DNA of 64,000 nucleotides from an uncultured Ignavibacteriales bacterium (GCA_964612145.1 CAZTBP010000013.1:1-64000), one strand, 5' to 3'; shown: positions 38,173 through 49,765, counted from the first letter of the stretch. A program made the numbers and translations. Notes: generated by a model from the letters alone, not told the origin.

Positions 38173-38823
38173 TTACGCTTTTTCAATAGCCTTGATCATT
38201 GCCAGAAACTCATCTCCCATCGCCTCGGCCGTCCGCTTCGGACCCGTCAGCTTGAAAAAGACGTTCCCCTCCGGACCCTCCACAACAGCGCCAATCAAAT
38301 GATACCCCTCGGAGGCATCCGTCGCGCCGCCCATACCGCCGCCGCCCATCGACCCGGTATAGGCACCATCAGCCGTCACCACATGCACCGGCATCCCGGC
38401 GGTTTCCATGTTATACCGCTCCGCCGATGCCTTCGGATCGCTGCCGTCCGCCTGCACCATCTGGCTCACCCAGCGGTCGATATTCGCATCGATCGAACCA
38501 CCGCCGGTCGGACCAAAGTAGAAAACCGTTACCGTCCCTGAATCCGTATCACCCTCAGCCGGGCCGAAATAATACGATGCTTTCCGCATCCCCGACGGTC
38601 CCGTGTCTGTCCAGTCTCCCGGGGGCGTAAACGTAATCCCGGCCAATGTGACCGGCTGGCCGCTCAAGTCATAGTCGGCCGGATCAATAGCCGGTGCCGA
38701 GGTTTTCTCCACCGTGGCTTCACCCGCCTGCCCCGCATCACTCTGACCTGCTTCCTGATCACCGGACGAACAGGCCGTGGTCAGCAGTGCAATCATTGCA
38801 AACAACGCAACCAATCTCATCAT
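38173..38823 (-). CDS. Lipoprotein, hypothetical (216 aa)
   Basis: Lipobox MMRLVALFAMIALLTTACSSG. Gly-rich C-terminus. Confidence 0.5.
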   Translation of the reverse strand: MMRLVALFAMIALLTTACSSGDQEAGQSDAGQAGEATVEKTSAPAIDPADYDLSGQPVTLAGITFTPPGDWTDTGPSGMRKASYYFGPAEGDTDSGTVTVFYFGPTGGGSIDANIDRWVSQMVQADGSDPKASAERYNMETAGMPVHVVTADGAYTGSMGGGGMGGATDASEGYHLIGAVVEGPEGNVFFKLTGPKRTAEAMGDEFLAMIKAIEKA

Positions 38824-38997
38824 AACTACTTATTCCTTTCCAACTCTTTCTTTCAGTTGTCATCGAACGCATAGCAACGCTTCAACGCCGGATTGGTTCG
38901 GAAAATAGGTAAAACCAGTCCGCTTCGCAACGTCTCAAACAAAAAAACGCCCCCGCGCGAAACGGGGGCGTTTCTCAGTCAAGCTACATCCAGCGCA

Positions 38998-41900
38998 TTA
39001 CCACGGGCAATCAATCGGAGCCGGCCCCTGTCTAAAGAGGTAATCAACCAGGTATGTCAGGTCAGCCACATCGACCGGAGGTCCACTGGCATTAACATCA
39101 CCTTCCTCAGCACATGGCAGATCGGGGCCCTGGCGGAAAAGATAATCGACCATGTACGTCAGGTCATCCACCTGAACCTTGTCTTCCACATCACCGTTGA
39201 CATTGCCGCGAATTCCTTCACAGCAGCCGTCGCAGGCATCGCCCAAACCATCCCCATCAGTGTCCTCCTGACCCGGGTTGTACACCTCCGGACAGTTGTC
39301 GCATACATCGCCGATACCGTCCGGACCACCATTTTCCGGCAGCTCACTCTCTACCTGATCGGCGTTGGCATCCAACGGACAGTTGTCACACAGATCCCCG
39401 ACACCGTCGGCATCAACGTCTAGCTGATCCGGGTTATTGACCATCGGACAATTATCACAGGCATCGCCGAATTCATCGTTATCGGAATTGGTTTGGTCTG
39501 TATTCGCTGTATTCAGACAGTTGTCGCAAACGTCACCAACGTTGTCACCGTCAGCATCGGCTTGCGTGTCGTTGAATGTAGTCGGGCAGTTGTCTACGTC
39601 GCCACAAACCCCGTCACCATCGATGTCATTATCGGGATCATTGGGACACTGATCGCAGACATCACCGATACCATCACCATCAGCGTCAGCCTGATCGGTG
39701 TTCGCGTCATCCGGACAGTTGTCACAAACATCTCCGATACCGTCAGCATCGACATCCGCCTGGTTGCGGTTCCACTCTTCCGGACAGTTATCGCAGACAT
39801 CACCTACCGTATCGAAATCCTGGTCAGCCTGATCCGCATTGGCATTATCCGGACAATTGTCACAGGCATCACCGGTCCCGTCCCCGTCTATGTCGGACTG
39901 ATCCGTGTTCGCCGTATCCGGACAGTTATCGCAGACATCGCCGATATTATCCGCGTCAACGTCGCTCTGATCGGAGTTCGGATCCGACGCACAGTTGTCG
40001 CATTGGTCGCCCCAGCCGTCGTCATCGAAATCGGACTGGAACTGGTTGGCCACCGTCGGACAATTGTCGCACGCATCGCCGACACCGTCACCATCGACAT
40101 CCGCCTGATCCGTATTCGGCGTGCTCGGACAATTGTCGCAGATATCACCTTTCCCATCATCGTCCGCATCCAGTTGATCCGTGTTGGCTTCGTCCGGACA
40201 GTTATCACAGACATCACCGATTCCGTCGCCGTCCACATCCGACTGGTCGGCATTCGACGTAGTGGGGCAGTTGTCGACATCACCACAGACGCCGTCACCA
40301 TCTATGTCATTATCCGGATCATCCGGGCACTGGTCACATAGATCACCGATTCCGTCAGCGTCAGCGTCTTCCTGAAGCGGATTGGACACGGTCGGACAGT
40401 TGTCACACAAATCGCCAATCCCGTCACTGTCACCATCCGCCTGATCGGCATTAGCCACTGTCGGACAATTGTCGCAAACATCCCCAACCCCGTCGCCGTC
40501 AGCGTCAAGCTGATCACTGTTTGGCTCATTCGGGCAGTTGTCGCACACATCACCAACACTATCGCCGTCCCCATCCAGCTGGTCCGGATTGGCATCGGCC
40601 GGGCAGTTGTCACAGATGTCGCCCACACCGTCAGCGTCACCATCCGCCTGATCCGTATTCGCATCGGTCGGACAGTTATCACAGACATCCCCGATACCGT
40701 CGCTGTCTACATCGGACTGATCGACATTGGCGTCCGTCGGACAGTTATCGCAGTCGTCACCAATACCGTCAGCGTCACCGTCAAGCTGATCCGGATTCGG
40801 ATCACTTGGACAGTTATCACAAAGATCACCGACCGAGTCAGCATCGACATCAGACTGATCGCTGTTGGCATCGTCAGGACAGTTGTCACAGACATCACCA
40901 ACGCCGTCACCATCGACATCCGATTGGTCAGCGTTCGGCGTATCCGGACAGTTATCGACATCACCACAGACTCCGTCGCCATCTATATCATTCTCGGGAT
41001 CATTCGGACACTGGTCACACAGATCACCGATGCCGTCTCCGTCGCTGTCAAGCTGATCCGGATTAGCGACATCGGGACAGTTGTCGCAGAGATCCCCTAT
41101 ACCATCGCCATCCGTATCCAACTGATTCGGATTGAACACTCCCGGACAGTTGTCACAGACATCACCGATACCGTCGTTGTCGGCATCGTTCTGATCCGGG
41201 TTCGGCGTGGTCGGACAGTTATCACACAGATCTCCCACACCGTCACCGTCAGCATCTACCTGATCCGGATTGGCAACCGTCGGGCAATTGTCACAGGCGT
41301 CACCGAGCCCGTCACCATCGACATCCGCCTGATCCGAATTCGGCGTCGTCAGACAGTTATCGCACACATCCCCGACGCCGTCGTTATCAGTATCGAGCTG
41401 ATCGGTATTCGGTGTTGTCGGACAGTTGTCACAGGCGTCGCCAATCCCGTCGCCGTCGGAATCCAGCTGGTCCGGGTTAAACACTGTCGGACAGTTGTCA
41501 CATAGATCTCCAATCCCGTCACCATCAGCATCGGCCTGGTCGGAATTCGGAATTGTCGGACAGTTGTCGCAGAGGTCACCCACTCCGTCACCGTCTGAAT
41601 CAAGCTGGTCCGGATTGGCAACCGTCGGACAATTATCGCAGGCATCACCAAATCCGTCGCCATCGCTATCGGCCTGGTCCGGATTGAACACGGTCGGGCA
41701 GTTGTCAGGCGGGCAGTTCTGGCCCGGTACCGTCGGATCCCCAAACCCGTCGCCGTCCGGGTCGAGACAAAACTGACACTGGTCACCGATGTATTCGGTG
41801 CCGTCCCAGATCGGCTGAAACACGATCTGGCCCGTTGGCGAGTTCGAGTTCATAACGTATTCGGTGCCGTTGGAATATGTCGCCGTGTCGATGATGATCA

Positions 41901-42351
41901 GATCATCAGAATCCCAGCTTGAAAGTGTGAAGTAGTAAGTTGCCCAGTGTTGTCGAGCAGTTAGATTGGAGTCAACCCCGTCGCCCATCAATTGTGAACC
42001 ACCAACCAAAAATCGCTGGTTCGCATTTGTCGTCGCCAGGTCATTGTTCTCGTAGAAAAACGGCCCGATCTCAAACCCGTCGATCAACAGTTGCGTACCA
42101 ACCGCACTGTCCATCTGAAGGTTCGGGTTGTCCCACGTAAACCCGGCCGATCCGCCGCTGATATTCTCGTCGTGGTACATCCACAATTCCACCTCGACCT
42201 TCGCCTGGCCGGTCGAGGCATCGGGACAAAGCGTTGTGACGAGAATCAACGTGTCGGTATTCCCCGGATCGTCGGGATCTTGGGCGTTGACGGTTGCAGC
42301 CAGCAATAACGCACCCATCAGCAGTGCTGCCGGCAAGAGAGTCTTCCTCAT
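38998..42351 (-). CDS. Giant secreted protein (1117 aa) made of about 45 thrombospondin type-3-like calcium-binding repeats, with a C-terminal tandem dockerin-like module
   Basis: Signal peptide [23 protein letters not shown]. Iterated D-x-D-x-D-G-x-G-D-x-C-D-N-C-P-x-x-x-N-x-D-Q units. C-terminus [19 protein letters not shown]...[24 protein letters not shown]. Confidence 0.85.
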   Translation of the reverse strand: MRKTLLPAALLMGALLLAATVNAQDPDDPGNTDTLILVTTLCPDASTGQAKVEVELWMYHDENISGGSAGFTWDNPNLQMDSAVGTQLLIDGFEIGPFFYENNDLATTNANQRFLVGGSQLMGDGVDSNLTARQHWATYYFTLSSWDSDDLIIIDTATYSNGTEYVMNSNSPTGQIVFQPIWDGTEYIGDQCQFCLDPDGDGFGDPTVPGQNCPPDNCPTVFNPDQADSDGDGFGDACDNCPTVANPDQLDSDGDGVGDLCDNCPTIPNSDQADADGDGIGDLCDNCPTVFNPDQLDSDGDGIGDACDNCPTTPNTDQLDTDNDGVGDVCDNCLTTPNSDQADVDGDGLGDACDNCPTVANPDQVDADGDGVGDLCDNCPTTPNPDQNDADNDGIGDVCDNCPGVFNPNQLDTDGDGIGDLCDNCPDVANPDQLDSDGDGIGDLCDQCPNDPENDIDGDGVCGDVDNCPDTPNADQSDVDGDGVGDVCDNCPDDANSDQSDVDADSVGDLCDNCPSDPNPDQLDGDADGIGDDCDNCPTDANVDQSDVDSDGIGDVCDNCPTDANTDQADGDADGVGDICDNCPADANPDQLDGDGDSVGDVCDNCPNEPNSDQLDADGDGVGDVCDNCPTVANADQADGDSDGIGDLCDNCPTVSNPLQEDADADGIGDLCDQCPDDPDNDIDGDGVCGDVDNCPTTSNADQSDVDGDGIGDVCDNCPDEANTDQLDADDDGKGDICDNCPSTPNTDQADVDGDGVGDACDNCPTVANQFQSDFDDDGWGDQCDNCASDPNSDQSDVDADNIGDVCDNCPDTANTDQSDIDGDGTGDACDNCPDNANADQADQDFDTVGDVCDNCPEEWNRNQADVDADGIGDVCDNCPDDANTDQADADGDGIGDVCDQCPNDPDNDIDGDGVCGDVDNCPTTFNDTQADADGDNVGDVCDNCLNTANTDQTNSDNDEFGDACDNCPMVNNPDQLDVDADGVGDLCDNCPLDANADQVESELPENGGPDGIGDVCDNCPEVYNPGQEDTDGDGLGDACDGCCEGIRGNVNGDVEDKVQVDDLTYMVDYLFRQGPDLPCAEEGDVNASGPPVDVADLTYLVDYLFRQGPAPIDCPW
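39320..41740. repeat. Coding tandem-repeat array (about 45-bp TSP3 units with an about 650-bp higher-order repeat containing CDQCPNDP(E/D)[16 protein letters not shown], present 3 times)
   Basis: The 15-aa periodicity is obvious in the translation. The many spurious opposite-strand ORFs across this span are the artefact signature of a high-GC periodic repeat. Confidence 0.8.
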
Positions 42352-43019
42352 AGAGCCACCTCCCTGATCGCGTGTGAGGAGATTAGAATGTTAGAAATTT
42401 AAAAACAGGATAACCCGTAAAAAGAGCGTCGCGTGTGCGGGCGCAAAAGATAGGACTCTTTCCACGGCAAATCACCGGATATTGGCCTCCCGGTTACCGA
42501 ATCTATTCAGAGATTTTGTACCGGTTCAGATTTGTTGAATCAGAATGGAAACGTACCCTCAGGCTTCTCTGAACTGGCGGATCTACTAATAATCTAATGT
42601 GGATGTCAAAGTCTGTCAAGACGTATGTCAAGGCGTATTTGCCCCTCGGGGCCACACCTTAACCGCCTGCCTCTAAAAGACCCCGGCGGGAACTTTAGTA
42701 CGTCTCCACCGGTTGTTCAAGCGCCGGGTCAAAGGCTGAGTATCGGATATTCGTCAGGCGTTCACTTCGATCAGAAGATTTACCATTTATCAACCGATAA
42801 ACTATATAGATAGCGAAGTGCCGACGACGTCACCTAAGAAACTTCTCTCCGCGTTTGAACCCCAACGGCCTTGTGAAGATTTGGCAAGCTATTTTGAAAC
42901 GCAGAATTTACAGCAGCCTAACGAATGGTTGGATACTCGGAATCTGGTCGTATATTTTACTTGGTGAGTGTTAACTCGTCTGGATTCTGCGTGGGGATGT
43001 CCGGAGACACAGGTTTGGA

Positions 43020-44465
43020 ATGAACAAGTATCTGTCCGTCAAAGCATTACTGGCTCTTGCGATCGTCACACCGACCCTCGTGGACGGAGCCACCATACGG
43101 GTACCGGCCGACCAGCCGAACATTCAGGCAGCGGTCGACGCCTGTGACGGCGACGATACAGTTCTCATTGCCGACGGCATCTACTCCGGCACCGGCAACC
43201 ACGACGTTATCATTCCCGACACCAACCTGACCATCCGCTCCGAAAACGGCCCCGAATTCACCATCATCGACCTCGCCGGTACCGCCGACCACAAGGGCTT
43301 CATCCTCGGCTCCGGCGCACTTGGAACCAGCCGCAACGTAGTATTCAGCCTCGAAGACCTCACTATTCAAAACGGCGACGGCGTCAACGGCGGTGTCCTC
43401 GAAGCGACCACCTGGCGCCTCAGTATAGATAACTGCCATTTTGAGAATAACCGTGCCGACAACGGCGCCGTACTCTACCTCGACAGTTGCGTGGCCGAAA
43501 TCACCAATTGCCGGTTCAACTCCAATGTCGCCGTCAACACCGGCGGCGCCATCTATGGCCTCGATTCGACCAGCCGCATCTCCGCCACACGATTTGACTT
43601 CAACATTGCCGACCGCGGCGGCGCCCTGGCCAACTACACCGGCATCGACATCGAGAACTGCGTCTTCCTGCAAAATCAGGCCACCTGGGGTGCCGCCATG
43701 TTCTCCCAGCGCGAAAACGCCCATTTCACCCTTACCGGCACCTTCTTTACCCGCAACTCAGGCGCCCCCGCTATCTACATGTGGAAGTCCGCTGCAGCGG
43801 TCGACCACTGCACCTTCTTCGGCAACGACGGCGTCTTTGAACTCAACTCCTCATCGCCCGTCTCCACCAACACCATCTTCGCCGATAACAGCGGAATGAC
43901 CCTCACCTGCAACGACTCCTTCCCCGGCAGCGAAAGCAACCCCGACCTCGACTACTGCATCGTCTCCGACTCCGGCCTGGATTTCCCCGGCTGCCCGGTC
44001 TCTATCATCCAGATGCCGAACAACTACATCGGCGACCCCATGTTCTGCGATACCGCATCTAACGACTTCCGCCTCCAGTCCGGCTCGCCGGCCGAGGGCA
44101 ACGCCTCCGACGGCTCTACTATAGGTGCCGCCCCGGTTGGCTGCCTCCCGACCGATGTCGAGGATTCCGACCCGATTCTCCCGAACGCCTTTACGCTCCA
44201 CCAGAACCATCCCAACCCGTTCAACCTCGAAACCACCATTGTCTTTGACCTCCCCCGAACCTCAGCCGCCCGGCTTGATATCTACAACTCTCTGGGTCAA
44301 CTCGTCCGCACCATAGATCTTGGCCGACATTCGGCCGGAACCCACCGCGTTGAATGGGACGGTACCGCCTCCGACGGATCCGTCGTCGCCAGCGGTCTAT
44401 ACCTCTACCGCCTCATAACGGACAACGAGTCCTCTGATTCAAAGAAGATGCTGTTGTTGAAGTAG
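43020..44465 (+). CDS. Secreted right-handed parallel beta-helix (pectate-lyase fold) protein with a T9SS C-terminal sorting domain
   Basis: Signal peptide MNKYLSVKALLALAIVTPTLVDGA. PbH1-type repeats (NNRADNGAVLYLDSC, NSNVAVNTGGAIYGLDS, NIADRGGALANYTG). CTD FTLHQNHPNPFNLETTIVFDLPRTSAARLDIYNSLGQLVRTI...GLYLYRL. Confidence 0.8.
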   Translation: MNKYLSVKALLALAIVTPTLVDGATIRVPADQPNIQAAVDACDGDDTVLIADGIYSGTGNHDVIIPDTNLTIRSENGPEFTIIDLAGTADHKGFILGSGALGTSRNVVFSLEDLTIQNGDGVNGGVLEATTWRLSIDNCHFENNRADNGAVLYLDSCVAEITNCRFNSNVAVNTGGAIYGLDSTSRISATRFDFNIADRGGALANYTGIDIENCVFLQNQATWGAAMFSQRENAHFTLTGTFFTRNSGAPAIYMWKSAAAVDHCTFFGNDGVFELNSSSPVSTNTIFADNSGMTLTCNDSFPGSESNPDLDYCIVSDSGLDFPGCPVSIIQMPNNYIGDPMFCDTASNDFRLQSGSPAEGNASDGSTIGAAPVGCLPTDVEDSDPILPNAFTLHQNHPNPFNLETTIVFDLPRTSAARLDIYNSLGQLVRTIDLGRHSAGTHRVEWDGTASDGSVVASGLYLYRLITDNESSDSKKMLLLK

Positions 44466-44641
44466 CCCTGTATCCCCGCGATGTACAAAAAAGTGAGCGA
44501 AACCCGAAGCGGTTCTGCCGGCAGGTCGCGCACCCACAATGCGTAAACATATCTTCGCAACTCAACCCCCCCTGTGAAGCCTGACAGAGTCACCCTGAAC
44601 GCAGCCGAAGCGTGACAAGTGTCACCGCTCCCCTCTCTTCC

Positions 44642-46519
44642 CTAACACACCGGCGGCGGGCCACTATTAAACAAGTAATCCACAAGATACGTCAAATCTG
44701 CAACATTCGGCGCACCTCCGGAACCATTCAAATCGGAATTTTCCGACACCGCCGGCGCCGCGCCGCCACGGAACAGGTAGTCTACCAGATACGCCAAATC
44801 CGCAATATCCGGTCCGTCACCGTCATCATCAAAATCCCCGACCCGGCAGAAATCAACCGAACCACCCACCAGCACAGGCTCATACACCCCGGCCTGGGCC
44901 GTAAACGACGGCGAGTAGCCGGCCACACTGGTTATCTCAATCGGGTTCGGCCCCTCGGTCGCATTATACGACACCGTAAAAAACAAACTCATCACCGCCC
45001 CGGTATCCGGCGCCAAAAGAGGCTGAGAACCATCCGCCGAGGTTACAATACTGTATGCCGCCCGCCTGTTGACATTATCCGACACGATCTTCTGGAAAAT
45101 ATCGACATACTCCGTCCGAAGTCCCGCGACCGATCCTGAATCCAGCATCATATCGAACGTCCCCCCATACGAAAACGGAATGATCATACTCCGCAGCGGC
45201 AGCCGATTATTTGCATACACATCAACCCGTACCTGCTTCCCCGGCGTCGCCGCCGCTTCCTCGATATCAACCGTATCCGCATACGCCGCGATATAATCAC
45301 CCGCTACCGTCGAGTACGGTCCGTCCGGCGTCTGAATCGTCACCGCCACATCATACAACCCACCCTCCGTATACGTGTACGTCGGGTTCTGCACCGTTGC
45401 ACTACCACCGTCGCCAAAATCCCATTCCCAACTGGTCGCCGACTTCGGTGTCGATGCGGCAAAATTCACTTCCAGCGGCACCGGACCCAAAACCGTGTCC
45501 GCCGCTATCTTCACATTGAGCTGCCAGCTCGTGAGCACTTCGTTCATCCAGCAATGCATCCGCCCCCACTGCTGCATCGAAAACTGATCCCGGCAACCTC
45601 CGTATCCCATATGGTTCTCCGGATTCGTCGGCCCCCACGTTTCAAACGAACACTGGTCGACCCCGTCCGGCGCACCGCAGCCATAGTTAGTCGGCGTCGG
45701 ATCCGTATCCGAACAGAAATCCCCACGGTCATCAGCCGGCGTCCGGGCATACTCGTAGCACGGCCCGCACGGCGTCACCTCGTCAACCCCGTGATGCGTA
45801 TGCCACAACCCCAGATTATGACCAATCTCATGCGTCAGCGTCCGATCATTGAACGGTGGAAACTGCGTGTTATTCATGACAATTCCGCCCGTCTTACCCA
45901 GCGCGTCAGCACTCCACGGAAACGTCCCGAACGAAAACACCGAACCATCGACATTCACCGACGCCACCCACACATTCAACTGCGAGTCCGGCGCAATGGC
46001 ATAGGCATTCTTCATCTGGTCAAACTCGGCATTCGACGTCAGGTACCGGAACTGCGACGAATTCACGAACCGCATCTCGTATTCAAATTGGATCCGCAAC
46101 GGAAGGTAATGCCCGTTGATATCCTCCACCGCGTCCGCAACATTCTGCTCGGTTACAGCCGGATTACTGCCGTCATCCGCTCGCATCACGTGGAAATAGA
46201 TCTTGAGAATCGTCATCGCATCGCTTGAATCCGGAATCCACCAGTCACGCACACCGGCGATATCGCAATCTCCCAGTAAGTTGCACGCCAACCCGCTCTC
46301 CTTCAACTGCGGATTCTCCATATCCCAGAAGACCTGCGTATAGCACTGGTCATGCTCCGGACCGGTCGCGTCAAGCGCATCGGCTTTAACCAACGTACCG
46401 GCGAGGACTATTAGAAACAATCCGGTAAGAATAGATAGTTGAAAAAAAGCGGGAAAAGTCGACGGTTTGGTGAGAGCCGAAACTTTCGAGGCAGGCTGCG
46501 GCGCACGCTGAGCTTTCAT
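44642..46519 (-). CDS. M43-family (pappalysin/cytophagalysin-like) zinc metalloprotease with a PKD domain and a C-terminal tandem dockerin-like module
   Basis: Zinc site LTHEIGHNLGLWHTHHG (HExxHxxGxxH). PKD segment WEWDFGDGGSATVQNPTYTYTEGGLYDVAVTIQTPDG. C-terminus [19 protein letters not shown]...[21 protein letters not shown]. Confidence 0.8.
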   Translation of the reverse strand: MKAQRAPQPASKVSALTKPSTFPAFFQLSILTGLFLIVLAGTLVKADALDATGPEHDQCYTQVFWDMENPQLKESGLACNLLGDCDIAGVRDWWIPDSSDAMTILKIYFHVMRADDGSNPAVTEQNVADAVEDINGHYLPLRIQFEYEMRFVNSSQFRYLTSNAEFDQMKNAYAIAPDSQLNVWVASVNVDGSVFSFGTFPWSADALGKTGGIVMNNTQFPPFNDRTLTHEIGHNLGLWHTHHGVDEVTPCGPCYEYARTPADDRGDFCSDTDPTPTNYGCGAPDGVDQCSFETWGPTNPENHMGYGGCRDQFSMQQWGRMHCWMNEVLTSWQLNVKIAADTVLGPVPLEVNFAASTPKSATSWEWDFGDGGSATVQNPTYTYTEGGLYDVAVTIQTPDGPYSTVAGDYIAAYADTVDIEEAAATPGKQVRVDVYANNRLPLRSMIIPFSYGGTFDMMLDSGSVAGLRTEYVDIFQKIVSDNVNRRAAYSIVTSADGSQPLLAPDTGAVMSLFFTVSYNATEGPNPIEITSVAGYSPSFTAQAGVYEPVLVGGSVDFCRVGDFDDDGDGPDIADLAYLVDYLFRGGAAPAVSENSDLNGSGGAPNVADLTYLVDYLFNSGPPPVC

Positions 46520-46789
46520 GATAGTCTTTCCTTATGTCTTTCAGGCGGAGGTCAACATAACTAACCGTCAATATAATAAAAAAATCCGAGATTGTGGTTC
46601 AAAATAGGAGATTTTTTCTATTTCTGCATTTTCGCCCCTACTCCGCCCCCCACAACCACTTATCAGACCTTCCGCCACCTCCACCGCCATTGACTTTCCC
46701 CACCCATGTCGTATATTTCGGCTACAAACACCAATCACACCGGAGACACGCAGAGCTGACCAACCACCCTGCGCGACGAGGGGCCGGCC

Positions 46790-47590
46790 ATGCATGAGGA
46801 CCACTACGAATTCTTAAAAGATGTCAACGACCCCGATCTGATCGAGACCCTCGCCTTTAAACTGACTGACTACCGCGACGACGCCCAGGCGGCGCTGTGG
46901 ACTGTCGCCTCGGAACGCAGAATAACCAGGTCCTCAATCACCGACCTCCGCCGCGAACGGTTCGCAGACTTTGATAAAAACATGAACTGTGTCGGCTGCA
47001 ACGAAGCTATCGTACTGGACAATCCGGAATTCATCAGCGGCCGGTACCACTGTCCAACCTGCGGCCTTTCATTCTTGATCCCGTACCAGGCCCTCCGGAC
47101 GATACGCCAAAAACCTATTACGCCGCCGCGAGAACTAACCGCACCCCCGGACGATGAACTCCGAGGCATCGGCGGATGGCTCATTGTCGTGGCGATCGGC
47201 CTCTGCCTGACCGGACTCTCATATCTCAAACAGGCCATTTTGCTTACCGGGAACCCGGAAATGGTGCTCGATGCTCTTGTGTCGTGGCTCTATTTCGGAT
47301 ACATCGCCATCGTGCTCTACCACCTGTTCACAAAGTCCCGGCATTTCCGGGAGCTGTTCATTGCCGGCTTAATCGCCAACCTTGTCCTGGCCTTGGAATT
47401 TGTAATTCACGTCGGGATCACGCCGGAAAGTCTCAAATTTGTGTCGCGGGCAGCTATCTATGCTTTGATCTGGATCCCGTACACGAAACTATCCCAACGA
47501 GTCCAGAACACGTTCCACGCCCCGCCTCAAGAACCGCCAGCCGGCCCTCCTCAACACCCTTCCAGCCAACCACCCGCCCCCCAACCCTGA
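46790..47590 (+). CDS. Zinc-ribbon (CxxC...CxxC) protein fused to a polytopic membrane domain with a Pro-rich tail, hypothetical
   Basis: CVGCNEAIVLDNPEFISGRYHCPTCG. Four TM helices. C-terminus PPQEPPAGPPQHPSSQPPAPQP. Confidence 0.5.
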   Translation: MHEDHYEFLKDVNDPDLIETLAFKLTDYRDDAQAALWTVASERRITRSSITDLRRERFADFDKNMNCVGCNEAIVLDNPEFISGRYHCPTCGLSFLIPYQALRTIRQKPITPPRELTAPPDDELRGIGGWLIVVAIGLCLTGLSYLKQAILLTGNPEMVLDALVSWLYFGYIAIVLYHLFTKSRHFRELFIAGLIANLVLALEFVIHVGITPESLKFVSRAAIYALIWIPYTKLSQRVQNTFHAPPQEPPAGPPQHPSSQPPAPQP

Positions 47591-47746
47591 CAGCGTGGAT
47601 ATTTTTCGAGCCGATCGAGACCCCTGCGGTCCTGACGTAGCCCACACACCCATAATACGTAGCATGTTTCTTAGCAGATCAATATTCCTGTGACCTTGAG
47701 AAAGTCACGTTGGGCGAAGTCGAAAGGTGACACGTCTCTCATCTCG

Positions 47747-49747
47747 CTACTTCGCCTCCGCCTTCCCCTCCACCTCCTGCCGAAGACTCATCTTCCCCGG
47801 AAACTGCTTAATCGCACGCTGGTCGATCTCACGCCCCGTTCCCTTTGCAATCGGCGACGCCTCCGGAATCACAAACTTTTCATTCGGCAGCGTGTCACTG
47901 TACGCCAGTGCCGCCGTCGCCGCGGTCCGCATGCTCTGGTCCGCATGCTGCGTCAGCCGCGCGATGTTCTCCTTGACCGCCACCTCTGCCATGTCAAGAA
48001 AATGCAGTGCCGCCGCCTTATCGCGCTCAAATTTGGGCCCGGACTCACCGTCGCGAATCTGCATGTCCAGCTTCGCCAGCGTGCACACCGACACATGCAG
48101 CCACATCGTATTTTCACTGATCCGCTGCTGGATCGTCTGCTTCTCCAGCACCCGCTCCATGTGCCGCTTGCTCACCAGCTTGAACTGGTGGCTGTGCTCC
48201 CGCACCAACTCACCCAGCCGGTCAGCCTGCTCGCGCAACGACTCATGGATCTTGCCGATGGTCGGAGCGGAACCTTTCCGCCCGAAAAACAACTCCAGCC
48301 CCAGCGGTACCGCCACCGAAAGAACCTTCGGGTTCAACCCGTTCTTGAGCATCCGGCCGATATTTCCGCCGAACCCCTGCTCACTGTTCCACAACAGCGC
48401 CTCCTGCACCGACACCATCTGCTCGGCCAGCTGCTTGCCGCCGTAGCCGAACACAAACGTGTGCATGACCTCGTTAGCCCCCTCGACAATCGTGTTAATC
48501 CGGCTGTCCCGCATCGCGCGCTCGACCTCGTTCTCGGTCATGTACCCCTCACCACCCATGATCTGAATCGCATCGTTGACCACGGTCCAGCCCATCTCGG
48601 AGTTGAATATTTTACAGATCGCCGTCTCGAGCATTATATCCTTATCCTGGCGGTCCAGTATCCCGGTCGTCATATACAGCACCGCATCCATCGCGTACGT
48701 CAACGCCGCCATTCGCGCGATCCGCTCCTGTACCAGATCAAACGCAGCCAGCGGCCGCCCGAACTGGTAGCGCGTCTGCGCCCACTTCGTCGCCTGGTCA
48801 GCACACTTGCGCGCCGAACCCAGCATCCCGGCCGAAAGCGTGCAGCGGCCGTAGTTCAGGCAGGTCAGGGCCACATTCAGCCCCTTCCCCTCCTTGTGCA
48901 GAAGGTTCTCTTTGGGCACCTTGACATCTTTCAGGCGGATCCGCGCCTGCCAGGTCCCTCGAATACCGCACTTGGAACGGTTCTTTTCGAAAATATCGAC
49001 CCCTTCCATATCCGGCGTGCAAACCAGCGCCGTGACACGGTCCTTGGTCTTGCCGGTCTTTGGATCCGTAATCGCCTGCTTCGCCATCACCGTAAACAAC
49101 GCCGAAAGCGCCCCCGAAGTCGACCACTTCTTCTCGCCATTGAGGATGTAATAAGAACCGTCCTCGGACAGCTCGCACCGCGTCTCCTGCCCGCCTGCAT
49201 CACAGCCAACATTCGGCTCTGAAAGACAAAACGCCGATAACGACTCGGTCGCCATCTTCGGCAGCCAGCGCTTCTTCTGCTCCTCCGATCCAAACAGCAT
49301 CACCGCCTTGCAACCAATCGACTGATGCGCCGAAACAATCACCGCCGTCGAGGCACACGTCTTGCCAATCCGCTCCAGCACCCTGTTATACGACGTTACC
49401 CCCAGCCCCAGACCGCCGTACTCCTTTGGTATCGTCATCCCCAGCACACCTATCTCGAACAGCCTGTCAATCACCCGGCGCGGCGTCTCCTGCTCTTCAT
49501 CGATCTGAACCGCCGGGTGCTCCTCGGTCAGGTACTGATCAAGCTTCTCCAGCAGTTCATCACACTGCTTCCGCTCCTCTGCCGTTTCTTCAGGATACGG
49601 AAAGACTATCTCTTCACGCAGCCGCCCCCAAAACATGTTCTTGACAAACCCCGTCTCCTCGGGCTCCGGCCCGAACATGACCTCGGCGTCAGCTATCATC
49701 TTTCGGTCACTCTCGGATATACTCTTCAGCTTTTTCAAATCGGCCAT
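47747..49747 (-). CDS. Acyl-CoA dehydrogenase, long type (ACAD N/M/C domains plus a C-terminal extension)
   Basis: Motifs EYGGLGLGVTSYNRVLERIG, FCLSEPNVGCDAGG and GGEGYMTENEVERAMRDSRINTIVEGANEVMH. 666 aa. Confidence 0.8.
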   Translation of the reverse strand: MADLKKLKSISESDRKMIADAEVMFGPEPEETGFVKNMFWGRLREEIVFPYPEETAEERKQCDELLEKLDQYLTEEHPAVQIDEEQETPRRVIDRLFEIGVLGMTIPKEYGGLGLGVTSYNRVLERIGKTCASTAVIVSAHQSIGCKAVMLFGSEEQKKRWLPKMATESLSAFCLSEPNVGCDAGGQETRCELSEDGSYYILNGEKKWSTSGALSALFTVMAKQAITDPKTGKTKDRVTALVCTPDMEGVDIFEKNRSKCGIRGTWQARIRLKDVKVPKENLLHKEGKGLNVALTCLNYGRCTLSAGMLGSARKCADQATKWAQTRYQFGRPLAAFDLVQERIARMAALTYAMDAVLYMTTGILDRQDKDIMLETAICKIFNSEMGWTVVNDAIQIMGGEGYMTENEVERAMRDSRINTIVEGANEVMHTFVFGYGGKQLAEQMVSVQEALLWNSEQGFGGNIGRMLKNGLNPKVLSVAVPLGLELFFGRKGSAPTIGKIHESLREQADRLGELVREHSHQFKLVSKRHMERVLEKQTIQQRISENTMWLHVSVCTLAKLDMQIRDGESGPKFERDKAAALHFLDMAEVAVKENIARLTQHADQSMRTAATAALAYSDTLPNEKFVIPEASPIAKGTGREIDQRAIKQFPGKMSLRQEVEGKAEAK

Positions 49748-49765
49748 GATATCCTCCTCGCTCCC

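Noticed and set aside
39320-41740. Periodic short repeats that could be mistaken for a CRISPR array
   Set aside because: The repeats are contiguous, with no spacers, and in frame within a single ORF. They encode a recognisable Ca-binding motif. No cas genes are nearby.
39493-41786. Multiple long ORFs on the + strand (39493..40341, 40521..41066, 40924..41505) and alternative minus frames (40302..40688, 41349..41786) inside the TSP3-repeat gene
   Set aside because: They are artefacts of a high-GC, 45-bp-periodic coding repeat. Their translations are low-complexity (S/P/R/H-rich). The minus-strand frame 38998..42351 has a signal peptide and coherent TSP3 and dockerin domains.
47690-49222. 510-aa plus-strand ORF and 47727..48446 ORF overlapping the acyl-CoA dehydrogenase gene
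   Set aside because: The Arg/Leu/Pro/His-rich translation is typical of an antisense GC-rich frame. The minus-strand ACAD frame carries conserved FAD and acyl-CoA DH motifs.
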